Source: an uncultured bacterium
GTDB lineage: Bacteria > Krumholzibacteriota > Krumholzibacteriia > Krumholzibacteriales > Krumholzibacteriaceae
Direction of reading: 5' to 3'
Length of the DNA: 64,000 bases
Assembly (NCBI GenBank): GCA_963786935.1
Contig: CAWBAN010000005.1
Location: forward strand, 160,001-224,000
Both the position numbers and the translations under genes were made by a program. This document shows, in pieces, positions 19,042 through 28,152 of this stretch (position 1 is the stretch's first letter; each line of letters opens with the position of its first letter). Below the pieces are notes generated by a model. That model worked only from the letters and a program-made list of their open reading frames with translations. It was not told the DNA's origin and made no database searches.

Positions 19042-20259
19042 ATGGCTCGACCGGTCAAGTATCTCGTCCTCGCGCTCGCCGCGCTCGCGCTGCTCGCGGG
19101 GGGGTGCGGGAGACGAGAAGGGACGAACGCCCTCTTCATCCTCGAGGAGCTCGAGACGGCGTCCGCGGTGAAGGACGCCTCCGAGCGGGTCGAGCGTCTC
19201 TCGATATTCATCGGCAATCACCCGGACCATCCGTACCGGTTCGTCGCCTACAACCGGATGATCGAAACGCTCGGCGCGGATTTGAAGGACGAGGCGGCAA
19301 TCGAGAAGCTTCTCGCCGAGGCGCTCGTCGAGGAGAAGGACCCCTCGGCCCGGGGCGAGCTGCTGCTCTCGAAATTCATCCATCTCGTGGAAAAGGATCA
19401 GGCGGCGGGGGCGGCGTTCGCCGATTCCCTGCTGCGGACCGAGCGCTCCCCGCGGCTGTTTCTGTTCATGGGCTACTACCTCATTGATCCGAAGGCCGAT
19501 CCCGAGATCGCCCTGAGGTGCTTCCTCCGCTCCGCCGATCTTTCGACGGGGGCGTACGCGAAGGCGCACGCGAACGCGATGGCGGGAGCGGCGCTCGAGG
19601 AGCGAGGGCTCAAGGAGGACGCGAAGCGGTACCTCGCGATGGCGGTCGGAGATCCCGAGGCGGATATCCTCAGGGGGAAGATCCTCTGGGGCGAGGGGAA
19701 ACGGAGGGAGGCGCTCGACGCGCTCATCTCGGCGGCCGCGCGCATGCCGGGATCGAGAACGCAGACAAAGCTCGACAGCCTGTATGCGCTCGCGAATCCC
19801 GGCGCAAGAGATCTCGACGATTCGATCATGGCGCGCCGAATCGGCGACGAGGGCCCGATGCCGGCGGGCGTGTTCGTCGATCTCGACGGGAGGCCGCACG
19901 ATCTCGCGAAGCTCGGCGGGAAGAAGATGGTGGTCTACGCGTTGAGCCCTACCTGAATGCCCTGCGTTGCGGAGTTTCCGCAACTCGAGCGTCTCTTCGG
20001 GCGCGAGAATGAGCTGGGATTCCGGTTTTTCGGCCTCGAGGTCAAGGGACTGCTCGCGAAGATGCGCGACGTCGTGGGGGACAAGAAGACGACCTTCCCG
20101 ATCCTGCTCGACGACCGCCGGCTCGCGCGCGAGGCGCTGCAGATTCCGGGCACGCCGACGACCTTCATCGTGGATGCGAACGGGCGGATTCGAGCGCGTC
20201 TCATCGGAGCGGCCGAAGACATCGACGAGGTCATCGTGGAGGTGTTGCGGAGGATCTAG
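19042..20259 (+). CDS. Selenocysteine-containing lipoprotein: helical/TPR-like region plus TlpA-like thioredoxin domain (UxxC)
   Basis: AAGGAGG RBS, lipobox LAGGC; in-frame TGA at 19954-19956 in VVYALSPT-U-MPC; the frame continues through FPILLD and GTPTTFIVDANG. Confidence 0.85.
19966..19984 (+). promoter_or_regulatory. Bacterial SECIS-like hairpin
   Basis: GTTGCGGA-GTT-TCCGCAAC, a perfect 8-bp stem; the loop starts with G, 17 nt after the TGA. Confidence 0.75.
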
Positions 20260-20279
20260 CCGGAGCGTCGGATCGGGAA

Positions 20280-20399
20280 ACATTCGGAACGGCCCCAAAA
20301 CAATTCGGGGTTCCCGTCGTGTAGCTGGGCCAAGGTGCTGTGCTGCATGTCCTGACGGGAACCCCTTCTTGTCTCTCCCGGTCTCTTTTCTCCGAGACC
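20280..20399 (-). ncRNA. Candidate small RNA (boundaries and strand tentative)
   Basis: Lies downstream of an orphan minus-strand promoter; hairpins GGTCTC/GAGACC and a 12-bp inverted repeat 20307-20318/20354-20365. Confidence 0.4.
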
Positions 20400-20405
20400 A
20401 TTTTG

Positions 20406-20433
20406 AATATAACAGAAAATCATTTTCAGTCAA
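20406..20433 (-). promoter_or_regulatory. sigma70 promoter with a Fur-like box in its spacer
   Basis: Minus strand TTGACT-16 nt-TATATT with extended TG and AT-rich upstream DNA; TGAAAATGATTTTCT at 20428-20414. Confidence 0.6.
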
Positions 20434-20568
20434 TAATAATTAGTGTATTTCTGAAGGATTTCATCTATTTCATAACCTTTTATTTTTTAATGAGTTATAA
20501 AATGCTATCGCGGCAGTTCTTGCGTTAATAGGTAGTTCTACCTACAGTCTTCGGGGAGCGTTTCGGCG

Positions 20569-21231
20569 TCAGAATCGGCCCGCGCCCGCCAGGCGGTGGG
20601 CCGCCCTCAGCGGCTCGGGAATCCGGAACCGGTCCGCGCACGCGAGAACGATCGAGACCGCCTTTCTGAGGCTCACGAGGTGCCCGATCGATACGTAGAG
20701 CGGTCTCGTGCGGTCGCGCGTTCTGAGCACCGAGCCGATCCGTTTCCCCGCCGGATCCATGACGGCGGATTCGCTCCCCCGGTTCGGGCCGGGCTCGTCG
20801 AACCTGCCGAAGAGCGGGGACTTCGCGCAGCCGATCGCGGGGATCCCGGTGACGAGCCCGAAGTGGCTCGCGAGCCCGAGGCCCCGGGGATGGGCGACGC
20901 CGTGGCCGTCGCAGAGGACGCAGTCGGGCGCCGCGCGGAGCGCGCGGAGGGCTTCGAGGAGCGGCGGGATCTCCCGGAACGAGAGGAGGCCGGGGACGTA
21001 GGGAAACGCGCAGGGGCCTTCGAACACGCTCCAGTCGACGATATCGAGCGAGGGATACGAGAGGACGGCGATCGCCGCGCGCGCCGAGCCGCGCGACGGG
21101 AAGTGCACGTCCGCCCCCGCGACGAGCCCGATCGCGCGGGCGTCCCACGAGCGCCGCACGAGGGGACGGAGCCTCTTCTGGATCTCGATCCCTTCCGCGG
21201 GAGTGACGTTCCAGCCGTCAGGCGAGCTCAC
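20569..21231 (-). CDS. nfi: Endonuclease V
   Basis: AGADV, FPYVPGLLSFRE, DGHGVAHPR, IGCAKS, YVSIGH, RIPEPLR. Confidence 0.96.
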   Translation of the reverse strand: MSSPDGWNVTPAEGIEIQKRLRPLVRRSWDARAIGLVAGADVHFPSRGSARAAIAVLSYPSLDIVDWSVFEGPCAFPYVPGLLSFREIPPLLEALRALRAAPDCVLCDGHGVAHPRGLGLASHFGLVTGIPAIGCAKSPLFGRFDEPGPNRGSESAVMDPAGKRIGSVLRTRDRTRPLYVSIGHLVSLRKAVSIVLACADRFRIPEPLRAAHRLAGAGRF

Positions 21232-22615
21232 ACTCCTCCTCCGGGCTCGGGATGTGCGCTGAAAGCCCCCGTTCGGCGAGGAGCGCGGCGAGCTTGCCGG
21301 ACTGGTCCTCCTCGCCGTGAACGATGAAGATCTTTTTCAGGCGGCCGGCGAGCCGCGCGACGTAGTCGAGAAGGTCCTGCTGGTCGGCGTGCGCGCTGAA
21401 CGCGTTCATGACGACGACCTCGGCCCGGAGATCATGCTCCTCCCCGAAGATCCGCACCGTCGGCTCGCGTTCGACGATGCGCCTCCCGAGGGTGTTCCGC
21501 GCCGCGTAGCCCACGATGAGGATCGTGTTGGCGGGATTCGCGATGTTGTTCCGGAGGTGGTGGAGGATGCGCCCCGCCTCGCACATCCCCGACGCCGAGA
21601 TGATGATCATCGGATTCGGATCGCCGTTGAGCTTTTTCGAATCGTTGACGTCGGTGATGTACCTGATCCGCTTCGTGCCGAACGGATCGTCGTTCGCGCG
21701 GATGCGACCGAGCATCTCCTCGTCGAAGCACTCCTCGTGCCGCCTGAACACCGCGGTGATATCGACCGCCAGCGGGCTGTCGACGAATACGGGTATCTCA
21801 GGAATGCGGTTCTGCCTCATGAGCATGCTCAGGAAGTACACGACCTCCTGCGTGCGCTCGAGCGCGAACGAGGGGACGATGATCTTCCCGCCGCGCGCGA
21901 CCGTCCGCGCGACGGTCCGCGCGAGCGCGTCGGACGCCTCGTCGATCGAGGCGTGCCGCCGGCCGCCGTACGTGCTCTCGATGATCAGGTAATCGACGTC
22001 GGGGGGCGTTTGGGGATCGCGGAGAATCGGCACGTTCTTCCTGCCGAGATCGACGGCGTACGCGAGGCGTTTCACCGAGCCGTTCCGGCGCATCTCGAAT
22101 ACCGGCGTCGCGGAGCCGAGCACGTGCCCCGCGTCGTAGAAGGTCGCCGTGACGCCGTCCGCCACCTCGACGGGAACGTGGTAACGGTAGCCGCGGAAAC
22201 GTCCGAGCGATTCCTCGGCGTCCTTCCGGGTGTAGAGGGGGGAGCGGGGCGGAAGCCCCCGTTTGCCCAGGATCTTGTTGACGAATTTGATGTCCTCTTC
22301 CTGGATATGCCCGCTGTCGGGGAGCATCGCGTTGCACAGGTCGCGGGTCGCTTCGGTCGCGTAGATCCTTCCGCGGAAGCCGCGCTTCACGAGGCTCGGA
22401 ATGTTGCCGCTGTGATCGATGTGCGCGTGGGAGAGGACGCAGGCGCGCAGCTCGCGCGGATCGAACGGGAAGCGCGAGTTTCGTTCGAACGATTCGTCGC
22501 GCCTTCCCTGGAACATCCCGCAGTCGATGAGCACCCGCGAACCGTCGAGCTCGAGCATGTGCATGGAGCCCGTGACCGTTTTCGCCCCGCCGAGGAATCG
22601 AAGTCGCGCGCTCAC
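21218..22615 (-). CDS. MBL-fold beta-CASP ribonuclease
   Basis: GTG after AAGGAGG; VTGS, DCGMFQG, SHAHIDHSG, AGHVLG, ESTYG, FSAHAD, VHGE. Confidence 0.93.
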   Translation of the reverse strand: MSARLRFLGGAKTVTGSMHMLELDGSRVLIDCGMFQGRRDESFERNSRFPFDPRELRACVLSHAHIDHSGNIPSLVKRGFRGRIYATEATRDLCNAMLPDSGHIQEEDIKFVNKILGKRGLPPRSPLYTRKDAEESLGRFRGYRYHVPVEVADGVTATFYDAGHVLGSATPVFEMRRNGSVKRLAYAVDLGRKNVPILRDPQTPPDVDYLIIESTYGGRRHASIDEASDALARTVARTVARGGKIIVPSFALERTQEVVYFLSMLMRQNRIPEIPVFVDSPLAVDITAVFRRHEECFDEEMLGRIRANDDPFGTKRIRYITDVNDSKKLNGDPNPMIIISASGMCEAGRILHHLRNNIANPANTILIVGYAARNTLGRRIVEREPTVRIFGEEHDLRAEVVVMNAFSAHADQQDLLDYVARLAGRLKKIFIVHGEEDQSGKLAALLAERGLSAHIPSPEEECELA

Positions 22616-22629
22616 CGGCGCCTCCTTTG

Positions 22630-24507
22630 TCAAATGTACGACGCGAGCGTCAGGGACAGGGTCTTGTTCCCGCCGCTCCGGGCGATCTCGATATCGTAGG
22701 CCGTGCCTTCCGCCGCCTCGAAAAGCTCCATGATCGCGCGAAGGCTCTCGAAGCGGCTCGCGTCCGTCCCCGCGATCCGCTCGATGCGGTCCCCGGGCCT
22801 GAATCCGGCCGCCGCCGCCGGCGAATCGGGCATCACCGCGACGACGATGACGCCGCCGTTCTCGCCGCGCGCGAGCTGGAGCCCCGATCGATCCGGGTGG
22901 AACGCTTCGTCGAAGCGCGCGTTTCTCTCGAAGAGCACGCGCTGGTTCCCGTAATCGAGGGTCACCGTGAATCGTTCGAGGATGTCGTTCCCCACGATCC
23001 CGTTCACGTTCTCGAGCACGCCGATCCCCTTCATGCTCGCCGCGATCGCGAGCACGGGCCTCGCGATCGAGAATCCCCCGACGCCCATGGAATCGAACCT
23101 GCACAGGGACGCCGTCTCAGACCCGCCCGCGCCGAGAATCGCCATGGGGATCGTCCGCCTCCCGCGGGCGATGCCGGTCCGTTCGGCGAAGCTCGCGTGG
23201 AGGAGCGAGCTGTTCGCGCCCGTGTCGAGGTAGAAGGTCGCCTTCGCCGTGTCGAGCGTCGCGGCGAGCGTGAAGATGTTGTGGACGAGCGGGGCCTCCA
23301 CGAAGGCCTCGTGGCCGCTCGGCGCGAACGAGTCGGGCTCGGCGAACGTGATGACCGAGCGCTCGAAATCGATCCGCGTCACGAAGCGGCTCAGAAAATC
23401 GTAGCCGAGCACGCCGCCGATCTCGACCTCCTCGAACCTTCGCAGGAGCTTCGCGATGGGGAAGGCGATGGCGGTCTGCTCCGAAAGCTCGATGCCCCCC
23501 ACGACGAGCCCCGGCACCCGCGTCATATGAAAGTCGGCCATACCGCCCGCGCCCGCTCCCGGGATGGCGCCGCCGAAGGGAAGCCCCATGCCGGCCGCGA
23601 GACTCGAGTCGATGACGGTCATGCTCGCGCCCGAATCGAGAAGGAAATAGAGGTCTTCGTCGCGACCGGCGATGCGCGCGGGAAGATAGATGTGACGCGC
23701 GCGATACTCGAAGGGCAGCTCCGCCGACGATCCGCCGCCCGTGAACCGGTAATCCTTCGCGCCGGCCGCCGGAGGGAGGAAGACGACGGGATCGACCGCC
23801 CCGTTCACCGTGATCGACCGGTAGCGCGTCTCGATGCGCTGACCGAGGGCGGTCATTTCAGTATTCACCTGGAACGGCATCTTGACGCCGCCCACGTCGC
23901 GGTAGTCGCCGTACGTTTCGACGGCCCGCCCGTCCCCCGTCTCGATCTCCAGCCGATCGAGGAGAAACGTCGAGTCGTCGAGGAAGAGCCGCGCGGCGGC
24001 GCCACCCTCGACTTCGAGCGCGAGCACGTCGAAGGTCGCTCCGTCGGCCGTGTCGGTTCCCGCCGCCTCGATCGCGAATCCGTTCCCCCCGGAGAGGTAG
24101 TCCCGGCTTTCGAGCAGGCACAAGGTCTTCTGATACTCGAGCGACGCGGAATCGCGCCTGAACTGGATCTTGCCGTTCGGATCGAGCATCCAGAGACGTT
24201 CGCCGTCATATCCCTGTCTGATCTTGAAGAATCCGAGGGCGATTTCGCTGTACGAGAGACAGGGCCGGAGGCTCCATGACCGGACGGCGCCTTTGAGGCC
24301 GGTTCCCATGATCTCGATCTCCGCGTCCGAGGCCACCGAGACGATCGAGCCGATGGCGGCGCGGCCTCCGAGAGCGGCGACGTGCTTCTCGATGAGCGAT
24401 GCCGCTCGCTCTTCGGACGCAAGACCGGCGCGGGGAACGGCGAGCGCGAGCAGCGCGAGGCAAATCGCGGGCGGTGCGAACTGAAACCGGAAGGTCAACC
24501 GGCGCAT
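22630..24507 (-). CDS. Secreted protein with two retropepsin-like aspartyl protease domains and a C-terminal PDZ domain
   Basis: Signal peptide; FLLDSGA...GVLGYDFL and YLDTGA...GIVGNDIL; PDZ DSPAAAAGFRPGD. Confidence 0.88.
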   Translation of the reverse strand: MRRLTFRFQFAPPAICLALLALAVPRAGLASEERAASLIEKHVAALGGRAAIGSIVSVASDAEIEIMGTGLKGAVRSWSLRPCLSYSEIALGFFKIRQGYDGERLWMLDPNGKIQFRRDSASLEYQKTLCLLESRDYLSGGNGFAIEAAGTDTADGATFDVLALEVEGGAAARLFLDDSTFLLDRLEIETGDGRAVETYGDYRDVGGVKMPFQVNTEMTALGQRIETRYRSITVNGAVDPVVFLPPAAGAKDYRFTGGGSSAELPFEYRARHIYLPARIAGRDEDLYFLLDSGASMTVIDSSLAAGMGLPFGGAIPGAGAGGMADFHMTRVPGLVVGGIELSEQTAIAFPIAKLLRRFEEVEIGGVLGYDFLSRFVTRIDFERSVITFAEPDSFAPSGHEAFVEAPLVHNIFTLAATLDTAKATFYLDTGANSSLLHASFAERTGIARGRRTIPMAILGAGGSETASLCRFDSMGVGGFSIARPVLAIAASMKGIGVLENVNGIVGNDILERFTVTLDYGNQRVLFERNARFDEAFHPDRSGLQLARGENGGVIVVAVMPDSPAAAAGFRPGDRIERIAGTDASRFESLRAIMELFEAAEGTAYDIEIARSGGNKTLSLTLASYI

Positions 24508-24691
24508 GACGTCTCCCTCCTCAGTATGCGATACTATAATGCAACATAAGGGGTTATGGAAGCGCTAATTTTAAAAGAGCCGGTTGAAAGCGTCCCCGAA
24601 TCATAGTGTTACTATACTTGTACGGACGGGGTGCGATCCTGCCCGCGCAAGATATCTTTACGACCGTTATCCGACATGCCCCGAGGGGTTG

Positions 24692-25000
24692 ATGAGGACA
24701 AGTACCGCTGTTGTATTCATTGGGCTTGCGAGCGCGCTTCTCTTCGGCGCGAGCGCTTCGCTCATGGCCCGCGATCTCTGTCTCGTGATTTATCCCGAGG
24801 CGCCACCATCGACCCGGTCATATACCAGGCTCCGAAACTTTTCGGTTCTTATCCGAGCACGGACGGCCACGACGCTCACCGCTGACGGCAAGAACTGCTC
24901 AGACGTGATTTCCGTCATGTGCCGCAGCGCATAAAGCCACGACACGATGGTGCCCGTTCAGGAGACGACGTAGAGCCCGATCGAGGAGCTCTCCCAATAG
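24692..25000 (+). pseudogene. Internally deleted pseudogene paralogous to 25183-25872
   Basis: Collinear remnants CLVIYP, IYQAPKLFGSYPST (shifted frame), GKNCSDVISV and SA*SHDTMVPVQETT*SPIEELSQ*. Confidence 0.85.
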
Positions 25001-25078
25001 GCTTCGGCGTTCCCTCGCACTTCAGAGAAGGGCATTCTCCAGCTCGGGAAATGCCCGTTTCGGGGCGCCATAAATTCA

Positions 25079-25107
25079 TTGATAATTCTTGCGATACATG
25101 GTATTAT
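25079..25107 (+). promoter_or_regulatory. sigma70-like promoter
   Basis: TTGATA-17 nt-TATTAT with an extended TG. Confidence 0.55.
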
Positions 25108-25182
25108 TACTATACACGGTAGGGAGTTATCCTACCCGCGGAAAGTTTCTTTACGACCCGGAACGCACAAGCCCCGGAGGCC

Positions 25183-25872
25183 TTGATGAACTTGAGTAAA
25201 CTTATTGTAAATATTGGAGTTATGACCATTCTCCTGCTTGTCATGAATGGGGCTTCGCTTGCCGATCCCTGTCTCGTGATCTATCCCGACGCGCCGTGCG
25301 TGTACCATTACGACCGGGCGGAGTATTTCACCGTGCGGCCGGGGGATCCGTTCTACGATCCACTCTACGACCGCGGCGGGAAGGTGCTCGTCGAGATCGG
25401 CACGAACGAGATCGCGTACAACATCTATCAGGCGCCGAGCCTCATGGGCTTCTACCCGAGCACGAGCGGCGAGGACGGCTATTTCGTGGCGACGACCGAG
25501 TTCACCCTGATCATCGACGGATTTTCCAAGCGGCCCACGACCTTTCCGAACATCGTGCTGGTGTTCGACCACGTGACGCCCGATTACTGCGATCCGGGGA
25601 TTTTCATCTGGGGCGAGGAGCTCCCGGGGATGGTGTACCCGGCCGGGGATCTGATCGTCACGACGCCCACCGCGAACGGGAAGAACTACTCCGACGTGAT
25701 CTCCGTCCCGTTCAGATGGCGGGGCTGCTACGGCATGCGCATCTGGGCCTTCTCCGACGAGAACTTCAACGGGGTCCACGACGGCGGCGAGTGTTTCAGC
25801 GCGTACAGCCACGACACGATGGTGCCCGTCGAGGAGAAAACGTGGAGCTCGATCAAGGAGCTCTTCCGGTAG
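25183..25872 (+). CDS. Secreted hypothetical protein with C-terminal VEEKTWSSIKELFR tail
   Basis: GGAGG RBS (start 25183 TTG or 25186 ATG), signal peptide, full-length paralog of the next gene. Confidence 0.88.
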   Translation: MMNLSKLIVNIGVMTILLLVMNGASLADPCLVIYPDAPCVYHYDRAEYFTVRPGDPFYDPLYDRGGKVLVEIGTNEIAYNIYQAPSLMGFYPSTSGEDGYFVATTEFTLIIDGFSKRPTTFPNIVLVFDHVTPDYCDPGIFIWGEELPGMVYPAGDLIVTTPTANGKNYSDVISVPFRWRGCYGMRIWAFSDENFNGVHDGGECFSAYSHDTMVPVEEKTWSSIKELFR

Positions 25873-25948
25873 GCCGCCGGCGCGTCGCCGAATGACGTTC
25901 ACCTGGTCTTTTCGCCGCGCGAACGGCCGAATCATCGCATAATAATGC

Positions 25949-25978
25949 TTGAATGCGGCCGGCTCATCATGATATAAT
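25949..25978 (+). promoter_or_regulatory. sigma70-like promoter
   Basis: TTGAAT-18 nt-TATAAT with an extended TG. Confidence 0.55.
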
Positions 25979-26048
25979 AGCACCCTAAATCCGAAAGCGA
26001 TCCTGGCCTGTGACCGAGGGGAAATCCCTGACAAAACGGAGGGGGATT

Positions 26049-26738
26049 ATGAAGCGCTTGCAGAGGTGTTTCCTCGTTTTGATGGCGGTGAGCCTCCCGC
26101 TTCTTGCGGCGAGCGGAACGCTCATGGCCGATCCGTGCCTCGTGGTCTATCCCGATGCCTCGTGCGTGTACCACTACGATCCGGCCGAGTACTACACCGT
26201 GGGGCCGGGCGATCCGTTCTACGATCCGATGTTCGACCGGGGCGGGCTCGTCCTCCTCGAGCTCGAATCGAATGAGATCGATTACAGCATCTATCAGGCG
26301 CCGGGGCTGACCGGTTTCGAGATGAGCACCGACGGGAACGACGGATACTTCTTCATCGGCACCGACTTCACGCTCATCCTCGACGGCTTTTCCAACGCGC
26401 CGGTCACCTACGTCAACATCATTCTGATGTTCGACCGGACGGTGCCCGAGGGCTGCGAGCCCCAGATCAAGATCAACGGGATTCCCATCACGGGGAACTC
26501 ATACAACGCGGGGGATCTCGTCGTTTCGACGCCGACCCCGTACGGCAACAACTACTCGGATACGAAGACGTTCCAGATCGATTGGCGCGGCTGCTACGGC
26601 GTGCACATCTGGGCGTTCTCCGACGCGAACTACAACGGCATGATGGACGGCGGCGAGTGCTTCACGGCGTATTCGCACGATCTGACCGTCCCCGTCGAAG
26701 ACGCGACCTGGGGCGCCATCAAGGATCTGTACCGGTAG
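26049..26738 (+). CDS. Secreted hypothetical protein with C-terminal VEDATWGAIKDLYR tail
   Basis: GGAGGGG RBS, signal peptide; shares ADPCLVxYP, IYQAP, WRGCYG and GGECFxAYSHD with its paralog. Confidence 0.88.
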   Translation: MKRLQRCFLVLMAVSLPLLAASGTLMADPCLVVYPDASCVYHYDPAEYYTVGPGDPFYDPMFDRGGLVLLELESNEIDYSIYQAPGLTGFEMSTDGNDGYFFIGTDFTLILDGFSNAPVTYVNIILMFDRTVPEGCEPQIKINGIPITGNSYNAGDLVVSTPTPYGNNYSDTKTFQIDWRGCYGVHIWAFSDANYNGMMDGGECFTAYSHDLTVPVEDATWGAIKDLYR

Positions 26739-26792
26739 TGCGGAGCCGCCGCGAGCGGCGAAAATAGGAGCAGGTTATTTCGAGAGGATGAC

Positions 26793-28145
26793 TCACGTTC
26801 CGCTGAGGGTCATCCTCTCGATTTTTATGGTGGGCGCGGCGATCGGGCTTCTCCAGTCCATGTCGTTTCCTACCATGACGATTCCCGAGAGCATCGCGAG
26901 GAACGAGCTCGCGATCGTGAACTCGTCGACCGGATAGGAAAGCTCGCCGTTCTCGATCCAGAATCCTTGAGCCCCCTGCGAGAAGTCCCCCGTCATCCAG
27001 TTCGCTCCCGGGCCCGAGAGCGCGGTAAGGTAGAGCCCCTGGTCCACGCTCGAGAGGATCTCCCGCGGCGTCGAGGTTCCGGGCTCGAGGTAGAAATTCG
27101 AGATCCCGCCTGCGTTCCCCGTCGTCGGGAATCCGAGCTTTCTCCCCTGATAGCTGTCGAGGAGGTAGCTCCCGAGCATGCCCCGCTCGACGGGGACGTT
27201 CCGGCGCGACCGTGCTCCCTCGAAATCGAAGGGGCGGCTTCCGAGCTTCCCCCGCATGATCGCGTCGTCGACGACGGTGACGAGCGGGGAGCCGACGCTC
27301 GTTCCCAGCCGGTCGACGAGAAACGAGGATTTCCGGTATATGCTTCCGCCGCTGAGGGCGCTCGCGATGGAGCCGAGAAAATCGCGCGTCGTCTCGGGAT
27401 CGAGCACGATCGCCGCCTCGCACGTTTTCGGCTTCCGCGCCCCGATCTTTCGGAGGGTGCGTGAAACGGCTTTCGACGCAATGTCCTCGACGCGCTCGAG
27501 ATCGCGCGCGCGGATCGCGGTGGAGTACCAGTACGAGGATTGGCGCTTCCCGATGTTCTCGCCGTTCGCCGGCCGGTCCTCGACGGCGCAGGAGAGGGCG
27601 AGGGTGTGAGACGTGCGCCGGTAGGCGTCGCAGAAGCCGAGCGAGTTGGCGAACGAGATCGTTTTCGCGCTGTTCGAGAAGGAGCTTCCGTCGGGGATGA
27701 TCCGCCGGTCGAGGCTCAGCGCGTTCCGCTCGAGCTCGAAGGCGAGCGCGATCTTGCGCTCCGTCGGCATCGCCTGCGTTTCGGGATCGAAGAGCTCGAG
27801 ATCTCCATCCGCCGCGCCGAGCTCGGCGGGGTCCGGCAGTCCGAAGTACTCGTCCCGATCCATGATCCGGGCGAGCTCGACTCCCTCGCCGATGAGCGAC
27901 GAAACGCTCTCGTCGGAGAGATCGCTCGAGGAAACGAGCGCTTTGCGCCGGTCGATCGAGAGCTCGATGTCGATCGAGCTCGAGACCGATTCGATGAGCT
28001 TCTCGATCGAGCCCTTGCGCGCCTCGACTGAGAACTCCATCCGCTCGAGCACGGTGACCTCGGAGGTCTCGGCGCCGGCGGCGAGGGCCCGGCGCACGGT
28101 GCTCTCGGCGAATCGTTTCATCTCGTCGCTCGTCACGGCGCGCAT
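26793..28145 (-). CDS. pmbA: PmbA/TldE family protein
   Basis: RKSSFL, SRPFDFEG, TTGNAGG, TGDFSQGAQGFWIENGE; lies downstream of tldD. Confidence 0.92.
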   Translation of the reverse strand: MRAVTSDEMKRFAESTVRRALAAGAETSEVTVLERMEFSVEARKGSIEKLIESVSSSIDIELSIDRRKALVSSSDLSDESVSSLIGEGVELARIMDRDEYFGLPDPAELGAADGDLELFDPETQAMPTERKIALAFELERNALSLDRRIIPDGSSFSNSAKTISFANSLGFCDAYRRTSHTLALSCAVEDRPANGENIGKRQSSYWYSTAIRARDLERVEDIASKAVSRTLRKIGARKPKTCEAAIVLDPETTRDFLGSIASALSGGSIYRKSSFLVDRLGTSVGSPLVTVVDDAIMRGKLGSRPFDFEGARSRRNVPVERGMLGSYLLDSYQGRKLGFPTTGNAGGISNFYLEPGTSTPREILSSVDQGLYLTALSGPGANWMTGDFSQGAQGFWIENGELSYPVDEFTIASSFLAMLSGIVMVGNDMDWRSPIAAPTIKIERMTLSGT

Positions 28146-28152
28146 CTCCTCC

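Noticed and set aside
19957..20259. Independent 100-aa gene
   Set aside because: It starts inside the thioredoxin active-site motif with no evident RBS; UGA read-through explains it better.
20300..20400. SRP RNA, tRNA-Sec or a known riboswitch
   Set aside because: No SRP domain IV motif, cloverleaf or aptamer consensus that I can recognise.
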